From positions 4,282-68,281 of the forward strand of contig CAVRSI010000038.1 of assembly GCA_963723855.1 (NCBI GenBank): 64,000 nt of DNA, written 5' to 3'. How positions within the stretch are numbered: position 1 is the first letter of the stretch; each line of letters opens with the position of its first letter. The notes beneath the pieces are model-generated. The model was given only the letters and a program-made list of their open reading frames with translations. It had not been told where the DNA came from and ran no database searches. A program made the position numbers and the translations under genes. Below, piece after piece: positions 27,755-36,820 of this stretch. Source of the stretch: an uncultured Actinomycetes bacterium (GTDB taxonomy: Bacteria > Actinomycetota > UBA4738 > HRBIN12).

Positions 27755-28948
27755 CGCCGCTCGACGGCCTCCGGGTGCTCGACCTGACGCGGTTCGTCGC
27801 CGGCTCGCAGGCGACCGCGCTCCTCGCGGCGCTCGGCGCCGACGTCGATCAAGCTGGAGGTCCCGCCGGCCGGCGATCCCTACCGGGTCCAGGGAACCGA
27901 ACGGCTCGGCGACCAATCGGTGCTGTTCCTGTCGCTCAACTCGGGCAAGCGGAGCGTCGCGATCGACTTCCGATCGCCGTCGGCCGCCGACGCCGTCGAT
28001 CGGCTGCTCGCCTCGGCGGACTTCGTCGTGGAGAACGCGCGGCCCGGGAGCCTCGCGCCGTACGGCCTGGACTGGGAGCAGGTCCACGCCCGGTACCCGT
28101 CGATCGTGTACGGATCGATCTCCGGCTACGGCGACGTGGGTCCCCACGCGTCGCGCGGCGGGTTCGACCTGATCCTTCAGGCCGAGAGCGGCGTGATGAG
28201 CGTGACGGGGAGCGAGGCGTCGGGACCGGTCAAGGTCGGCGCGCCGGTGCTCGACGTGGGCGCCGGCATCAGCTGCGCGTTCGGGCTCCTGGCCGCACAT
28301 CTCGAGCGGCTGCGGACCGGCGTGGGACGGCAGGTGTCCTCCTCGTTGCTGGAGTTCGCCCTCACGAGCCTCGGGACGCTGGCGGCGAGCACGTTCGTCT
28401 CCGGCGAGGTGCCCGGGCTGCTCGGAACGCACTCGCCGACGTTCGCTCCGTACGGCGGCTTCCGCACGGCCGACGGATGGATCGTGCTCGCGGGCGCCGG
28501 CTCCGAGGAACTGTGGGTCCGGTGCTGCAAGGTCCTGGGCGCCGACGCGCTCATCGACGATCCCCGGTTCGTGGACAACGCGTCCCGCGTGCGGAACCGC
28601 GACGAGCTGACCCACGCGTTCGAGTCGGTGCTCGGGCGGGAGCCGAGCGCGCACTGGCTCGAGCTGCTCGCCGCCGAGGGCGTGCCGGCGGCGGAGGTGC
28701 GCGACATCGATCGGGTCTTCGCGGACGCGCAGACCGCGGCGCTCGGCGCCGTCCAGACGCTCCACCATCCGGATGCGGGCGACTATCGCGTGGTCGGCGT
28801 CCCGGTTCGGTTCGATCGCGCGCCGTTCCCGTATCCGTCGCCCGCGCCCGCGCTCGGCGCGCATACCCGCGAGGTCCTGACGGATGTCGGACTGAGTGCA
28901 GACGCGGTCGACGAGCTCGTGTCCGCTGGGGTGGCGATCGCGCCGTGA
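27748..28948 (+). pseudogene. family III CoA-transferase (CaiB/BaiF-like), one frame break
   Basis: GTG at 27748 overlaps the mutase stop. VAPLDGLRVLDLTRFVAGSQATALLAALGADV is followed by IKLEVPPAGDPYRVQG...SVLFLSLNSGKRSVAIDF... (ORF 27920..28948). An extra base near 27847 separates them. Confidence 0.8.
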
Positions 28949-30030
28949 GGAGCGGAACGGTGGCGGACGTCGTGCTGCGGCGCACGATCGAGCTCGCGGA
29001 GCTGCCGGCTCCGACGGGGTTCGAGGCCAACCGCGCGGCGTTGGTTCGGTCGTGGTGGGACGCCGATGGGCTGCGCGACGTGCGCGTGGACGAGACCGGG
29101 AACGTGTGGGCCCGCGCGCGCCGGGGCGACGGGACGGCCGTGATCCTGTGCGCGCATATCGACACGGTGTTCGGCCCGGGCATGTCGCACCGGACGCGTT
29201 CGGATGGTCCTCGGCTCTGCGGACCGGGCGTCGGGGACGACGCCGTCGGGGTCGCGTCCCTCTCGGCCGCGGCCGGCCTGCTCGGTGGAGCGGGGAGGCC
29301 GGTCTGGCTGCTCGCGTCGGTCGGCGAGGAGGGCCTCGGGAACCTGTGCGGCGTATCGGCCGCGCTCGACGCCCCTCCGGAGCCCGTCGGAGCGTTCATC
29401 GCGGTGGAGGGCAACTACCTCGGACGGGTCTCGGCCGTCGGCGTCGGTTCGGTCCGTCGCCGCATCACGGTGACGGGCCCGGGAGGCCACGCCTGGGAGG
29501 CGCCGGAGGCTCCCAGCGCCATCCACGCGGTGGCCGGCCTCGTCTCGGAGATCGCGTCCATGTCGCCGATCGACGGCACGTCCGTGAACGCCGGACGGAT
29601 CGGCGGCGGCGAGGGCATCAACATGCGTGCCCGCGAAGCGTGGTTCGAGCTGGACCTGCGGGCCGACGATCCCCGGACGCTCGCCGCGCTCGCGCACGAC
29701 GTCGACGCGATCGTCGCGCGGATCGACGAACCGCTCCGCGTCGAGCGAACGGTGCTCGGCGACCGGCCGGCGGGGCGCCTGGACCCGTCGCATCCCCTGG
29801 TGCGAGCGGCCGGCGACGCGCTGCGCGAGGCCGGGATCGAGGTCCGGCCGGCCGCGACCAGCACCGACGCGAACGCCGCGCACGCGAGAGGGATCCCCGC
29901 GATCGCGATCGGTATCACGACGGGCTCGGGCGAGCACACGCCGCAGGAGTGGATCGACACCGCGCCCATCGGGAACGGCGTGCGTGCGCTCGCTCGCACG
30001 GTGGCGCGCTTCGAGGAGCTGTCGGCATGA
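28945..30030 (+). CDS. M20/M25/M40 family metallohydrolase
   Basis: GTGA overlap with the CoA-transferase gene. The text LCAHIDTVF, GPGVGDDAVGVASL, SVGEEGLGNL and TSTDANAAHARGIPAIAIG is family-typical. It is read from the in-frame tail of ORF 26197..30030. Confidence 0.75.
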   Translation: MRSGTVADVVLRRTIELAELPAPTGFEANRAALVRSWWDADGLRDVRVDETGNVWARARRGDGTAVILCAHIDTVFGPGMSHRTRSDGPRLCGPGVGDDAVGVASLSAAAGLLGGAGRPVWLLASVGEEGLGNLCGVSAALDAPPEPVGAFIAVEGNYLGRVSAVGVGSVRRRITVTGPGGHAWEAPEAPSAIHAVAGLVSEIASMSPIDGTSVNAGRIGGGEGINMRAREAWFELDLRADDPRTLAALAHDVDAIVARIDEPLRVERTVLGDRPAGRLDPSHPLVRAAGDALREAGIEVRPAATSTDANAAHARGIPAIAIGITTGSGEHTPQEWIDTAPIGNGVRALARTVARFEELSA

Positions 30031-31037
30031 GCGGCCCGCTGTCGGGCGTCGTGCTCCAGGGTGCCTACCCGCCCGCGGAGTTCGAGGGCATGGTCGAACG
30101 GATCGACGCGCTCGGCTTCGAACACCTGTGGCTCACGGATTCGTCCCTGCACGCCCGCAACTCCTACGCGTACCTGACGCTCGCGGCGAAGGCCTCGCCT
30201 CGGTTGCGTCTGGGCACGGCCGTCACGAACCCGCTCACGAGGCATCCCGCCATCACCGCGGCCGCCGCCGCGACCGTGGACGAGATCTCGGGCGGACGGA
30301 TGGTCCTGGGGATCGGCGCGGGCGACCGGCCGCTGCTCGCGCTCGGGATGAAGCCCAGCCCGCTCACCTCCCTCCGAACCTCGATCGCGGCGATCCGCGA
30401 GCTCTGGTCGGGAGCGAACGTGTCGGTCGAGGACCGGGCGTTCTCGTTGCACGACGCTCACCTGCGCTTCGCCGCGCGGGCGGATATCCCCGTCTACATC
30501 TCGGCGAGCGGACCGAAGACGCTCGAGCTCGCGGGCGAGGTCGCGGACGGGGTGATCCTCCTCGTCGGCCTGTTCCCCGAAGCGCTCGCGTGGGCCCTTG
30601 AGCACGTCGACCGAGGAGCGGCGAAGGCCGGGAGGACGCGCCCGCACGTCGCGGTGTTCGCCTACGGCGCGATCGGCGACGACGAGCATGCCGCGATGGC
30701 GTCGGCGCGCTCGATCGCCGCGTGGTTCCCGCAGACGGCGCCGGCGATCTGCGAGCTGGCCGGTGTGCCCGCCACGCTCGTCGACGAGGTCCGCGCACGC
30801 TACGCGGGCGGGGAGTTCCAGGAGGCGGAGGAGGCGGCCCGGCTGCTCCCGGACGACTTCGTGCGGTCGGTGGCGCTGGCCGGCGACGCGGCGCACGCGC
30901 GCGGCCGGATCGCGGCGGCGATCGACGCCGGCGCGAACTCCGTCCACGTGTTCCCGCTCGGCGCGAACCGCATGGACACCGTCGAGGCGTTCGCCGGGTG
31001 CTTCGCCGATGTCGTCGGAGGAGGGGTGCGGCGATGA
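30027..31037 (+). CDS. LLM-class (luciferase-like) flavin/F420-dependent oxidoreductase
   Basis: ATGA overlap with the previous gene. FEHLWLTDSSLHARNSYAYLTLAA...LGTAVTNPLTRHPAITAAAAATVDEISGGRMVLGIGAGD is LLM-like. Confidence 0.8.
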   Translation: MSGPLSGVVLQGAYPPAEFEGMVERIDALGFEHLWLTDSSLHARNSYAYLTLAAKASPRLRLGTAVTNPLTRHPAITAAAAATVDEISGGRMVLGIGAGDRPLLALGMKPSPLTSLRTSIAAIRELWSGANVSVEDRAFSLHDAHLRFAARADIPVYISASGPKTLELAGEVADGVILLVGLFPEALAWALEHVDRGAAKAGRTRPHVAVFAYGAIGDDEHAAMASARSIAAWFPQTAPAICELAGVPATLVDEVRARYAGGEFQEAEEAARLLPDDFVRSVALAGDAAHARGRIAAAIDAGANSVHVFPLGANRMDTVEAFAGCFADVVGGGVRR

Positions 31038-31456
31038 GCTGGCACGTCACCTCGCTGCACCACGTCGCGATCGCCCACGGGGACGACCCGGTGTGCGAAG
31101 ACGCGATGACGATGTTCCTCGGCGCGCCCGCGCACGCGGAGCACGGACCCGGCTTCCTCGAGCGGATGTATCCGGCGGGCGGCGCGTACGTGCAGACGTT
31201 GGAGGCCGAGGGCGACGGGTCGGTGCAGCGGTTCCTGGACCGGCGCGGACCGGGGTTGCATCACGTGGCGTTCGCGGTCGACACGATCGACGCCGCGCTC
31301 GCCGACCTGGACGCACGCGGCGTGTCGTTGATCGACCGCGAGGCGCGGCCGGGAGGCATGGGGACGCGGATCGCGTTCCTGCACCCGTCGGCGACGGGCG
31401 GGGTGCTCGTCGAGCTCGTGGAGGAACCCGAGGAGACAGGGGAACGCGATGGATAA
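31034..31456 (+). CDS. VOC family protein, methylmalonyl-CoA-epimerase-like
   Basis: ATGA overlap with the previous gene. LHHVAIAHGD...RRGPGLHHVAFAVDTIDAALADLDARGV...IAFLHPSATGGVLVELVE is epimerase-like. Confidence 0.75.
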   Translation: MSWHVTSLHHVAIAHGDDPVCEDAMTMFLGAPAHAEHGPGFLERMYPAGGAYVQTLEAEGDGSVQRFLDRRGPGLHHVAFAVDTIDAALADLDARGVSLIDREARPGGMGTRIAFLHPSATGGVLVELVEEPEETGERDG

Positions 31457-32189
31457 CGAGCCGCTCGATACCGCGCAGGCCGACCAGGTGTTCACCGGGC
31501 AGCACGACCGGCGCAAGGTGACCGATTGGGTGTGCGAGGAGATCCGCGAGGCGATCATCGATCTGCGGCTGCATCCCGGCGAGCCGCTGCGCGAGGCGGC
31601 GATCGCCCAACAGCTCGGCGTGAGCAAGACGCCGATCCGCGAGGCGCTCGCCCGGCTCGAGCAGGAAGGGCTGGTCGAGGCGACGTCGTTCAAAGGTGCG
31701 GTGGTGAGCGGCTACTCGCCGCGCGACCTGGAGGAGATCTACGAGCTCCGGAGCATCCTGGAGGGCGCCGCGGTCCGCGGCGTGGCCCTCGACGCGTCCG
31801 AGGAGGCGCGCGCGGAGCTCTTCGAGGTCATCGCGCGCAGCCGAGAGCTCCGCGATGCCGGCGAGCTGACCGAGCTCGCGGCCCTCCTCGGGCGTTTCGA
31901 CCAGATCATCTACGACCAGGTCACGAACCGGCGGATCCGCGCGTTGATCGACAACCTCCGCGCCCACCTGACCCGGATCGGCAAGCTCACCGAGGGCATC
32001 CCCGGCCGGGTGGAAGCGTCGGTCGAGGAGCACGCCGTCATCGTCGAGGCGATCATGGGGCGCCGGGCCGACGAGGCCGAACGGCTGATGCGCGCGCACA
32101 TCGAGAGCGTGCTGGGCGACCAGCTGGCGGGCACGCCGACGCCCGCGACGGCGGACGAGGTCGGACTGTCCGGGGCACCGCATGTCTGA
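31449..32189 (+). CDS. GntR family transcriptional regulator (FadR/FCD-type C-terminal domain)
   Basis: 8-nt overlap with the previous gene. LHPGEPLREAAIAQQLGVSKTPIREALARLEQEGLV is the GntR HTH, and the C-terminus is helical and FCD-like. Confidence 0.85.
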   Translation: MDNEPLDTAQADQVFTGQHDRRKVTDWVCEEIREAIIDLRLHPGEPLREAAIAQQLGVSKTPIREALARLEQEGLVEATSFKGAVVSGYSPRDLEEIYELRSILEGAAVRGVALDASEEARAELFEVIARSRELRDAGELTELAALLGRFDQIIYDQVTNRRIRALIDNLRAHLTRIGKLTEGIPGRVEASVEEHAVIVEAIMGRRADEAERLMRAHIESVLGDQLAGTPTPATADEVGLSGAPHV

Positions 32190-32907
32190 TGGAGCGCGAG
32201 CCATGTCGCAGGCGCCCGCGCGTGTGTCGGCGATCCTGCACGAAGCGGGGGCGGATGCGTGGGCCGCGGCGGTCACGCATCCGATGGTGCGCGCGATCGC
32301 GGACGGGTCGCTCCCCCACGAGACGTTCCGCCGTTACTTCATACAGAACGTCCTGTATCTGGAGGGATACGCCCGCGCGATCGGGCTCATCGTGGCCAAG
32401 GCGCCGGACCGGGATGCGATCACCACGCTCTCGCGGTTCCAGTCGCAGATCGTCGAGACCGAGATCCCGGCGAACCTGGCGTTCCTCGAACGGCTCGGCG
32501 GAGACGAGGCGACCGCCGACGGCCGCGGGACGATGCTGCCGACCACGTACGCCTACACCCGCCACCTGCTCTCGACCTGCCTGCTGGGCGATTGCGCCGA
32601 CGGGCTCACCGCCGTGCTGCCGTGTCAGTGGAGCTACGGCGAGCTCGCGCGGCCGCTCACGGCGAACCCGCCCGCCGATCCGATCTACGCGGACTGGATC
32701 GCGATGTTCGGCAACGACGCGTACGACCGCCTGGTCGCGGAGACCACCGCGCTGCTCGACCGGCTCGTCGATCCCGCCGACCGGACCAGGATCGCGGCGC
32801 TCTCGCCGATCTTCGAACGTTCGACCCGATATGAAGCGGAGTTCTGGGATATGGCCTACGGGAACCCCCGGCCGGCCGGTCTCCCCGACGAAGGAGGAAC
32901 CCCCTAG
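32182..32907 (+). CDS. TenA-family protein (second copy)
   Basis: 8-nt overlap with gntR, with an alternative ATG at 32203. HPMVRAIADGSLPHETFRRYFIQNVLYLEGYAR, the catalytic-Cys motif VLPCQWSYGEL and EFWDMAY are present. Confidence 0.75.
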   Translation: MSDGARAMSQAPARVSAILHEAGADAWAAAVTHPMVRAIADGSLPHETFRRYFIQNVLYLEGYARAIGLIVAKAPDRDAITTLSRFQSQIVETEIPANLAFLERLGGDEATADGRGTMLPTTYAYTRHLLSTCLLGDCADGLTAVLPCQWSYGELARPLTANPPADPIYADWIAMFGNDAYDRLVAETTALLDRLVDPADRTRIAALSPIFERSTRYEAEFWDMAYGNPRPAGLPDEGGTP

Positions 32908-33933
32908 ATGCGTGCCGTGCGGATCCACGACGATCTCTCGCTCCGTGTGGACGAGATCGACGACCTCGCGCCCGGGCCGGGCGAGGTGCTCGTGCGTGTC
33001 CACGCCGCCGGCGTGTGCGGGACCGACCTGCACATCCTCGACGGCATGATCAAGCCGGACCCGTATCCGATGACGCTCGGCCACGAGGCGGCGGGGATCG
33101 TCGAGGCGGCGGGCGACGGCGCGTCGCTCGCTTCGGGGACGCCGGTCGCGATCTACAACAAGATCTTCTGCGGCCGGTGCGAGCAATGCCTGAAAGGTCG
33201 CACGAACATCTGCGACAACGAGCCCGACCAGCTCGGCTTCAACCGCGACGGCGGCGACGCGGAGTACGTGGTGGTCCCCGAGCAGAACGCCGTGCCGATC
33301 CCCGACGGCGTCGACCTCGCGACCGCGGCGGTCCTCACATGCGCCGGCATGACGGCCATGCACGCGACCAAGCTGTCGGGCCTTCGGCTGGGCGACACGG
33401 CGGTCGTCGACGGGATCGGCGGCGTCGGGATCCTGGTGGTCCAGGCCGCGGCACATGCCGGCGCGCGCGTGATCGCGATCGGCGACTCCGAGGACAAGCT
33501 GTCGCTCGCCGCCGATCACGGAGCATCCGACGGCATCCTGGTCGACACCGCCGACGGCTACGACACGGTGGCCGACCGGATCCGGGCGCTGACGGGGGGC
33601 CGGGGCACCGACGTGTTCTTCGAGCTGGTGGGGACCACGCAGACGATGACCGCCGGCATCCGGTCCCTGGCGAAAGGCGGCCGGTTCGTGTCGACCGGCT
33701 ACACCGACCAGTCGATCGACATCCACCCGATCGAGTTCATCCTGCCCGAGACGTCGCTGATATCGACCGTCGCGGCGACGCGGCTGGACCTGCAGGACGC
33801 GATGAGCCTGTCCGCGGCAGGCGCGATGACCGTCCCGATCGCCGGCCGGTACCCGATGGAGGGCATCGACGACGCGCTCGGCGCGCTGCGCAAGCGCGCG
33901 GTGCTCGGCCGTCAGGTGCTCGAGCTCGCCTGA
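32908..33933 (+). CDS. zinc-dependent medium-chain alcohol dehydrogenase
   Basis: The ATG directly abuts the previous TAG. GVCGTDLHILDG, GHEAAGIV, CGRCEQCLKGRTNIC and GIGGVGILVVQ are MDR signatures. Confidence 0.85.
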   Translation: MRAVRIHDDLSLRVDEIDDLAPGPGEVLVRVHAAGVCGTDLHILDGMIKPDPYPMTLGHEAAGIVEAAGDGASLASGTPVAIYNKIFCGRCEQCLKGRTNICDNEPDQLGFNRDGGDAEYVVVPEQNAVPIPDGVDLATAAVLTCAGMTAMHATKLSGLRLGDTAVVDGIGGVGILVVQAAAHAGARVIAIGDSEDKLSLAADHGASDGILVDTADGYDTVADRIRALTGGRGTDVFFELVGTTQTMTAGIRSLAKGGRFVSTGYTDQSIDIHPIEFILPETSLISTVAATRLDLQDAMSLSAAGAMTVPIAGRYPMEGIDDALGALRKRAVLGRQVLELA

Positions 33934-33956
33934 CCACCCCTTCGAAGGAGGAACGC

Positions 33957-35468
33957 ATGGCATCGACGATCACGGAGCCGCCGGTCGGCTTCCTGGGCGA
34001 ACCGCTCCGCCTCTACATCGACGGGGCGTTCGTGGAGACCGAGGGGAGCCTCGCCACGGTGAACCCGGCGACCGGGCGGACGCTCGCCGAGGCGCCGCTC
34101 GCGACCGAGCGCGAGGTCGGCGCCGCGGTGACCGCGGCCGCGCGCGCGTTCGACGTATGGCGCTTCACACCGCCCACGCAACGCGCGCGACTGATGTGGC
34201 ACCTCGCCGATCTGCTCGAGGCGAACAAGGACGAGTTCGCGACGCTGGAAGTGCTCGACAACGGCAAGCCGATGTGGGAGGCGCAGGCCGTCGACATCGC
34301 GCTCACGATCGAGCTGCTGCGCTACTACGCCGGGTGGACCACCAAGATCGAGGGCAAGGTCCTGCCGAACTCGATCCCCGGGATGTTCACCGTCGCGAAG
34401 CGCGAACCGGTCGGCGTGGTCGCGGCGATCACCCCGTGGAACTTCCCGCTGCTCGAGGTCGGCTACAAGCTCGGCCCGGCGCTCGCGGCGGGCTGCACGA
34501 TCGTGATCAAGCCGTCGGAGCTCGCTCCCCTGTCCACGCTGCGCCTGATGCAGCTGGTGGACGAGGCCGGGTTCCCGCCCGGGGTCGTGAACGTGGTGAT
34601 CGGCGGGCCCGACGTCGGCGCCGCGCTCGTGCGGCATCCGGGCGTGCGGAAGGTCGCGTTCACCGGACAGACCGCCACCGGCAAGGAGATCATGCGGACC
34701 GCCGTCGACGGGTTGAAGCGCGTCACGCTCGAACTCGGCGGGAAGAGCCCGAACATCGTGTTCGCCGACGCCGACCTCGATGCCGCCGCGGGCGGGGCGT
34801 TCGGGGGGATCTTCTTCAACCAGGGGCAGGCCTGCGTCGCCGGCTCACGCCTGTTCGTCGAGGCGCCGGTGGCCGACGAGCTGGCCGATCGGGTCGCCGC
34901 GCAGGCGGGAACGATCCGCCTCGGCTCGGGCCTGGACCCCGAGACGCAGATGGGGCCGCTGATCTCCGCGGCGCACCGCACGCGTGTGCGCGGCTACGTC
35001 GACTCCGCGCGCGAGCAGGGCGCCGAGGTCGCCGTCGGCGGCGGCGATGCCTCGGTGCAGGGGTTCGAGGGCGGGTTCTTCCTGGAGCCCACCGTGCTCC
35101 GGCACGTGCGCAACGACATGAAGGTGGCCCAGGAGGAGATCTTCGGTCCGGTGCTGTCGGTGATCCCGTTCGCCGACGAGGACGAGCTGCTGACGCTCGC
35201 GAACGCGAACGACTACGGCCTGGCGTCCGGGATCTGGACGTCCGACGTGAACAAGGCGCTCCGCGTGGCCGACCGGCTGGACGCGGGGACCGTGTGGATC
35301 AACACGTACGGGATGTTCGACGTGTCCGTCCCGTTCGGCGGGCGCAAGCACTCCGGGTTCGGCAAGGAGCTCGGCGAGGAAGCGCTGGAGCCGTACCTGC
35401 ACTCGAAGTCCGTCTGGGTGGACCTCACCGCGGCGGTGCCGCAGTCCGGGCAAGGGATCTCGCGATAG
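33957..35468 (+). CDS. NAD(P)-dependent aldehyde dehydrogenase
   Basis: ATG follows GAAGGAGG. VAAITPWNFPL, ELGGKSPNIVF, FFNQGQACVAGSR and EEIFGPV are ALDH signatures. Confidence 0.9.
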   Translation: MASTITEPPVGFLGEPLRLYIDGAFVETEGSLATVNPATGRTLAEAPLATEREVGAAVTAAARAFDVWRFTPPTQRARLMWHLADLLEANKDEFATLEVLDNGKPMWEAQAVDIALTIELLRYYAGWTTKIEGKVLPNSIPGMFTVAKREPVGVVAAITPWNFPLLEVGYKLGPALAAGCTIVIKPSELAPLSTLRLMQLVDEAGFPPGVVNVVIGGPDVGAALVRHPGVRKVAFTGQTATGKEIMRTAVDGLKRVTLELGGKSPNIVFADADLDAAAGGAFGGIFFNQGQACVAGSRLFVEAPVADELADRVAAQAGTIRLGSGLDPETQMGPLISAAHRTRVRGYVDSAREQGAEVAVGGGDASVQGFEGGFFLEPTVLRHVRNDMKVAQEEIFGPVLSVIPFADEDELLTLANANDYGLASGIWTSDVNKALRVADRLDAGTVWINTYGMFDVSVPFGGRKHSGFGKELGEEALEPYLHSKSVWVDLTAAVPQSGQGISR

Positions 35469-35485
35469 CGAAGGGGGGACGCACG

Positions 35486-36811
35486 ATGAGCGACCGGATC
35501 ATCATCAAGAACGGCACCGTCGTCACCATGAACGACGCCGACGACGTGATCTTCGGCGGGACCGTGGTGATCGAGGACGACCGCATCACGGACGTCGGCA
35601 CCACGGCCGACGTCGCGGGACGGACCGACGAGAGCGGCGCGACCGTGATCGACGCCACCGACAAGGCGGTGATGCCGGGACTGGTTGACCTGCACTACCA
35701 CACCGCCGTCGGCAAGGGCTGGAGCGACCACCTGCCGCTCTGGGAGTACCTGGACACCTGCTGGTACCCGATGATCCGCGCGCTCAACCCGGAGGAGGCC
35801 TACTGGGCGGCGCTCGCGAGCTACAGCGAGTCCATCAAGTGCGGTGTCACCACGGTGAACGACATGTACCGGCAGCTCGGCGGGCTGGCGAAGGCCGCCG
35901 AAGAGATCGGGATCCGCGCCGTCTTGTCCAACGACGTGGCCGACGACGAGCACGACCTGGACACGCTCGACGACAACAAGCTCGCGTACGAGCAGTCGAA
36001 CGGCGCGGCGAACGGACGCATCGAGGTCTACATCGGCATCGAATGGCTGCCGCTCGCCTCGGAGGGATTGTTGAAGGAGACCCGCGCGCTCGCGGACGAC
36101 CTCAACACCGGCATCCACATCCACCTGAACGAATCGCTCACCGAGGTGGAGAACTCCAAGCAGCGGTTCGGCCGTCGCCCGACGGAGGTGGCCTACGACT
36201 GCGGCATCCTCTTCGACCGGTGTATCGCGGCGCACTGCGTCTGGCTCTCCGACGTCGAGATCGCGCTCATGCGCGAGACCGGGACGCAGATCTCGCACAA
36301 CCCGTCGTCCAACGCGAAGCTCGGCAACGGCATCGCGCGGGTGCCCGAGATGCTCGCGGCCGGGCTGAACGTCGGGCTCGGGCACGACGCCGCCGAGTGC
36401 AACAACAGCCTGGACATGTTCGAGGTGATGAAGTTCGCGTCGTTGATGCACCGCGCCAGCCGCGTGGACCCGAGCCTGCAGCAGGCGCCGGACGTCGTGC
36501 GGATGGCGACGCGCAACGGCTCCGCGGCGCTTCAGCACGAGACCGGAGAGGTCGGCGTCGGCAAGAAGGCCGACGTCATCGTGATCGACCTGGCGAACCA
36601 GATGTTCACGCCGCTCTACCCGGAGTCGAAGGCCCACATCTACTCGCACCTCGTCTTCGCGGCGAACGGGAGCGCGGTGAACACGACGATCGTGGACGGC
36701 AAGATCCTGTACCGCGATCACGCGTTCACGACGATCGACGAGCCCAAGGTGCTGCACGAGGCGAACGTCGCGTTCCAGGCCGTGCTCGAGCGCATGGTCG
36801 TTCCCACGTAG
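35486..36811 (+). CDS. amidohydrolase (TRZ/ATZ - cytosine/guanine-deaminase-like chlorohydrolase/aminohydrolase family)
   Basis: IIIKNGTVVTMND, PGLVDLHYHTA, IHIHLNES and SHNPSSNAKLGNG are family-typical. It is read from the in-frame tail of ORF 34157..36811. Confidence 0.85.
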   Translation: MSDRIIIKNGTVVTMNDADDVIFGGTVVIEDDRITDVGTTADVAGRTDESGATVIDATDKAVMPGLVDLHYHTAVGKGWSDHLPLWEYLDTCWYPMIRALNPEEAYWAALASYSESIKCGVTTVNDMYRQLGGLAKAAEEIGIRAVLSNDVADDEHDLDTLDDNKLAYEQSNGAANGRIEVYIGIEWLPLASEGLLKETRALADDLNTGIHIHLNESLTEVENSKQRFGRRPTEVAYDCGILFDRCIAAHCVWLSDVEIALMRETGTQISHNPSSNAKLGNGIARVPEMLAAGLNVGLGHDAAECNNSLDMFEVMKFASLMHRASRVDPSLQQAPDVVRMATRNGSAALQHETGEVGVGKKADVIVIDLANQMFTPLYPESKAHIYSHLVFAANGSAVNTTIVDGKILYRDHAFTTIDEPKVLHEANVAFQAVLERMVVPT

Positions 36812-36820
36812 GAGGCGCGC

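Noticed and set aside
26174-30030. Very long overlapping ORFs (26174..28864 minus, 26197..30030 plus, and likewise 20959..23925 minus and 49533..53735 plus).
   Set aside because: Their translations are low-complexity Arg/Ala/Gly/Pro strings with no motifs. They lie antisense to, or out of frame with, genes that have strong family signatures. The exceptions are the short in-frame pieces already used for the CoA-transferase N-terminus and the M20 gene.
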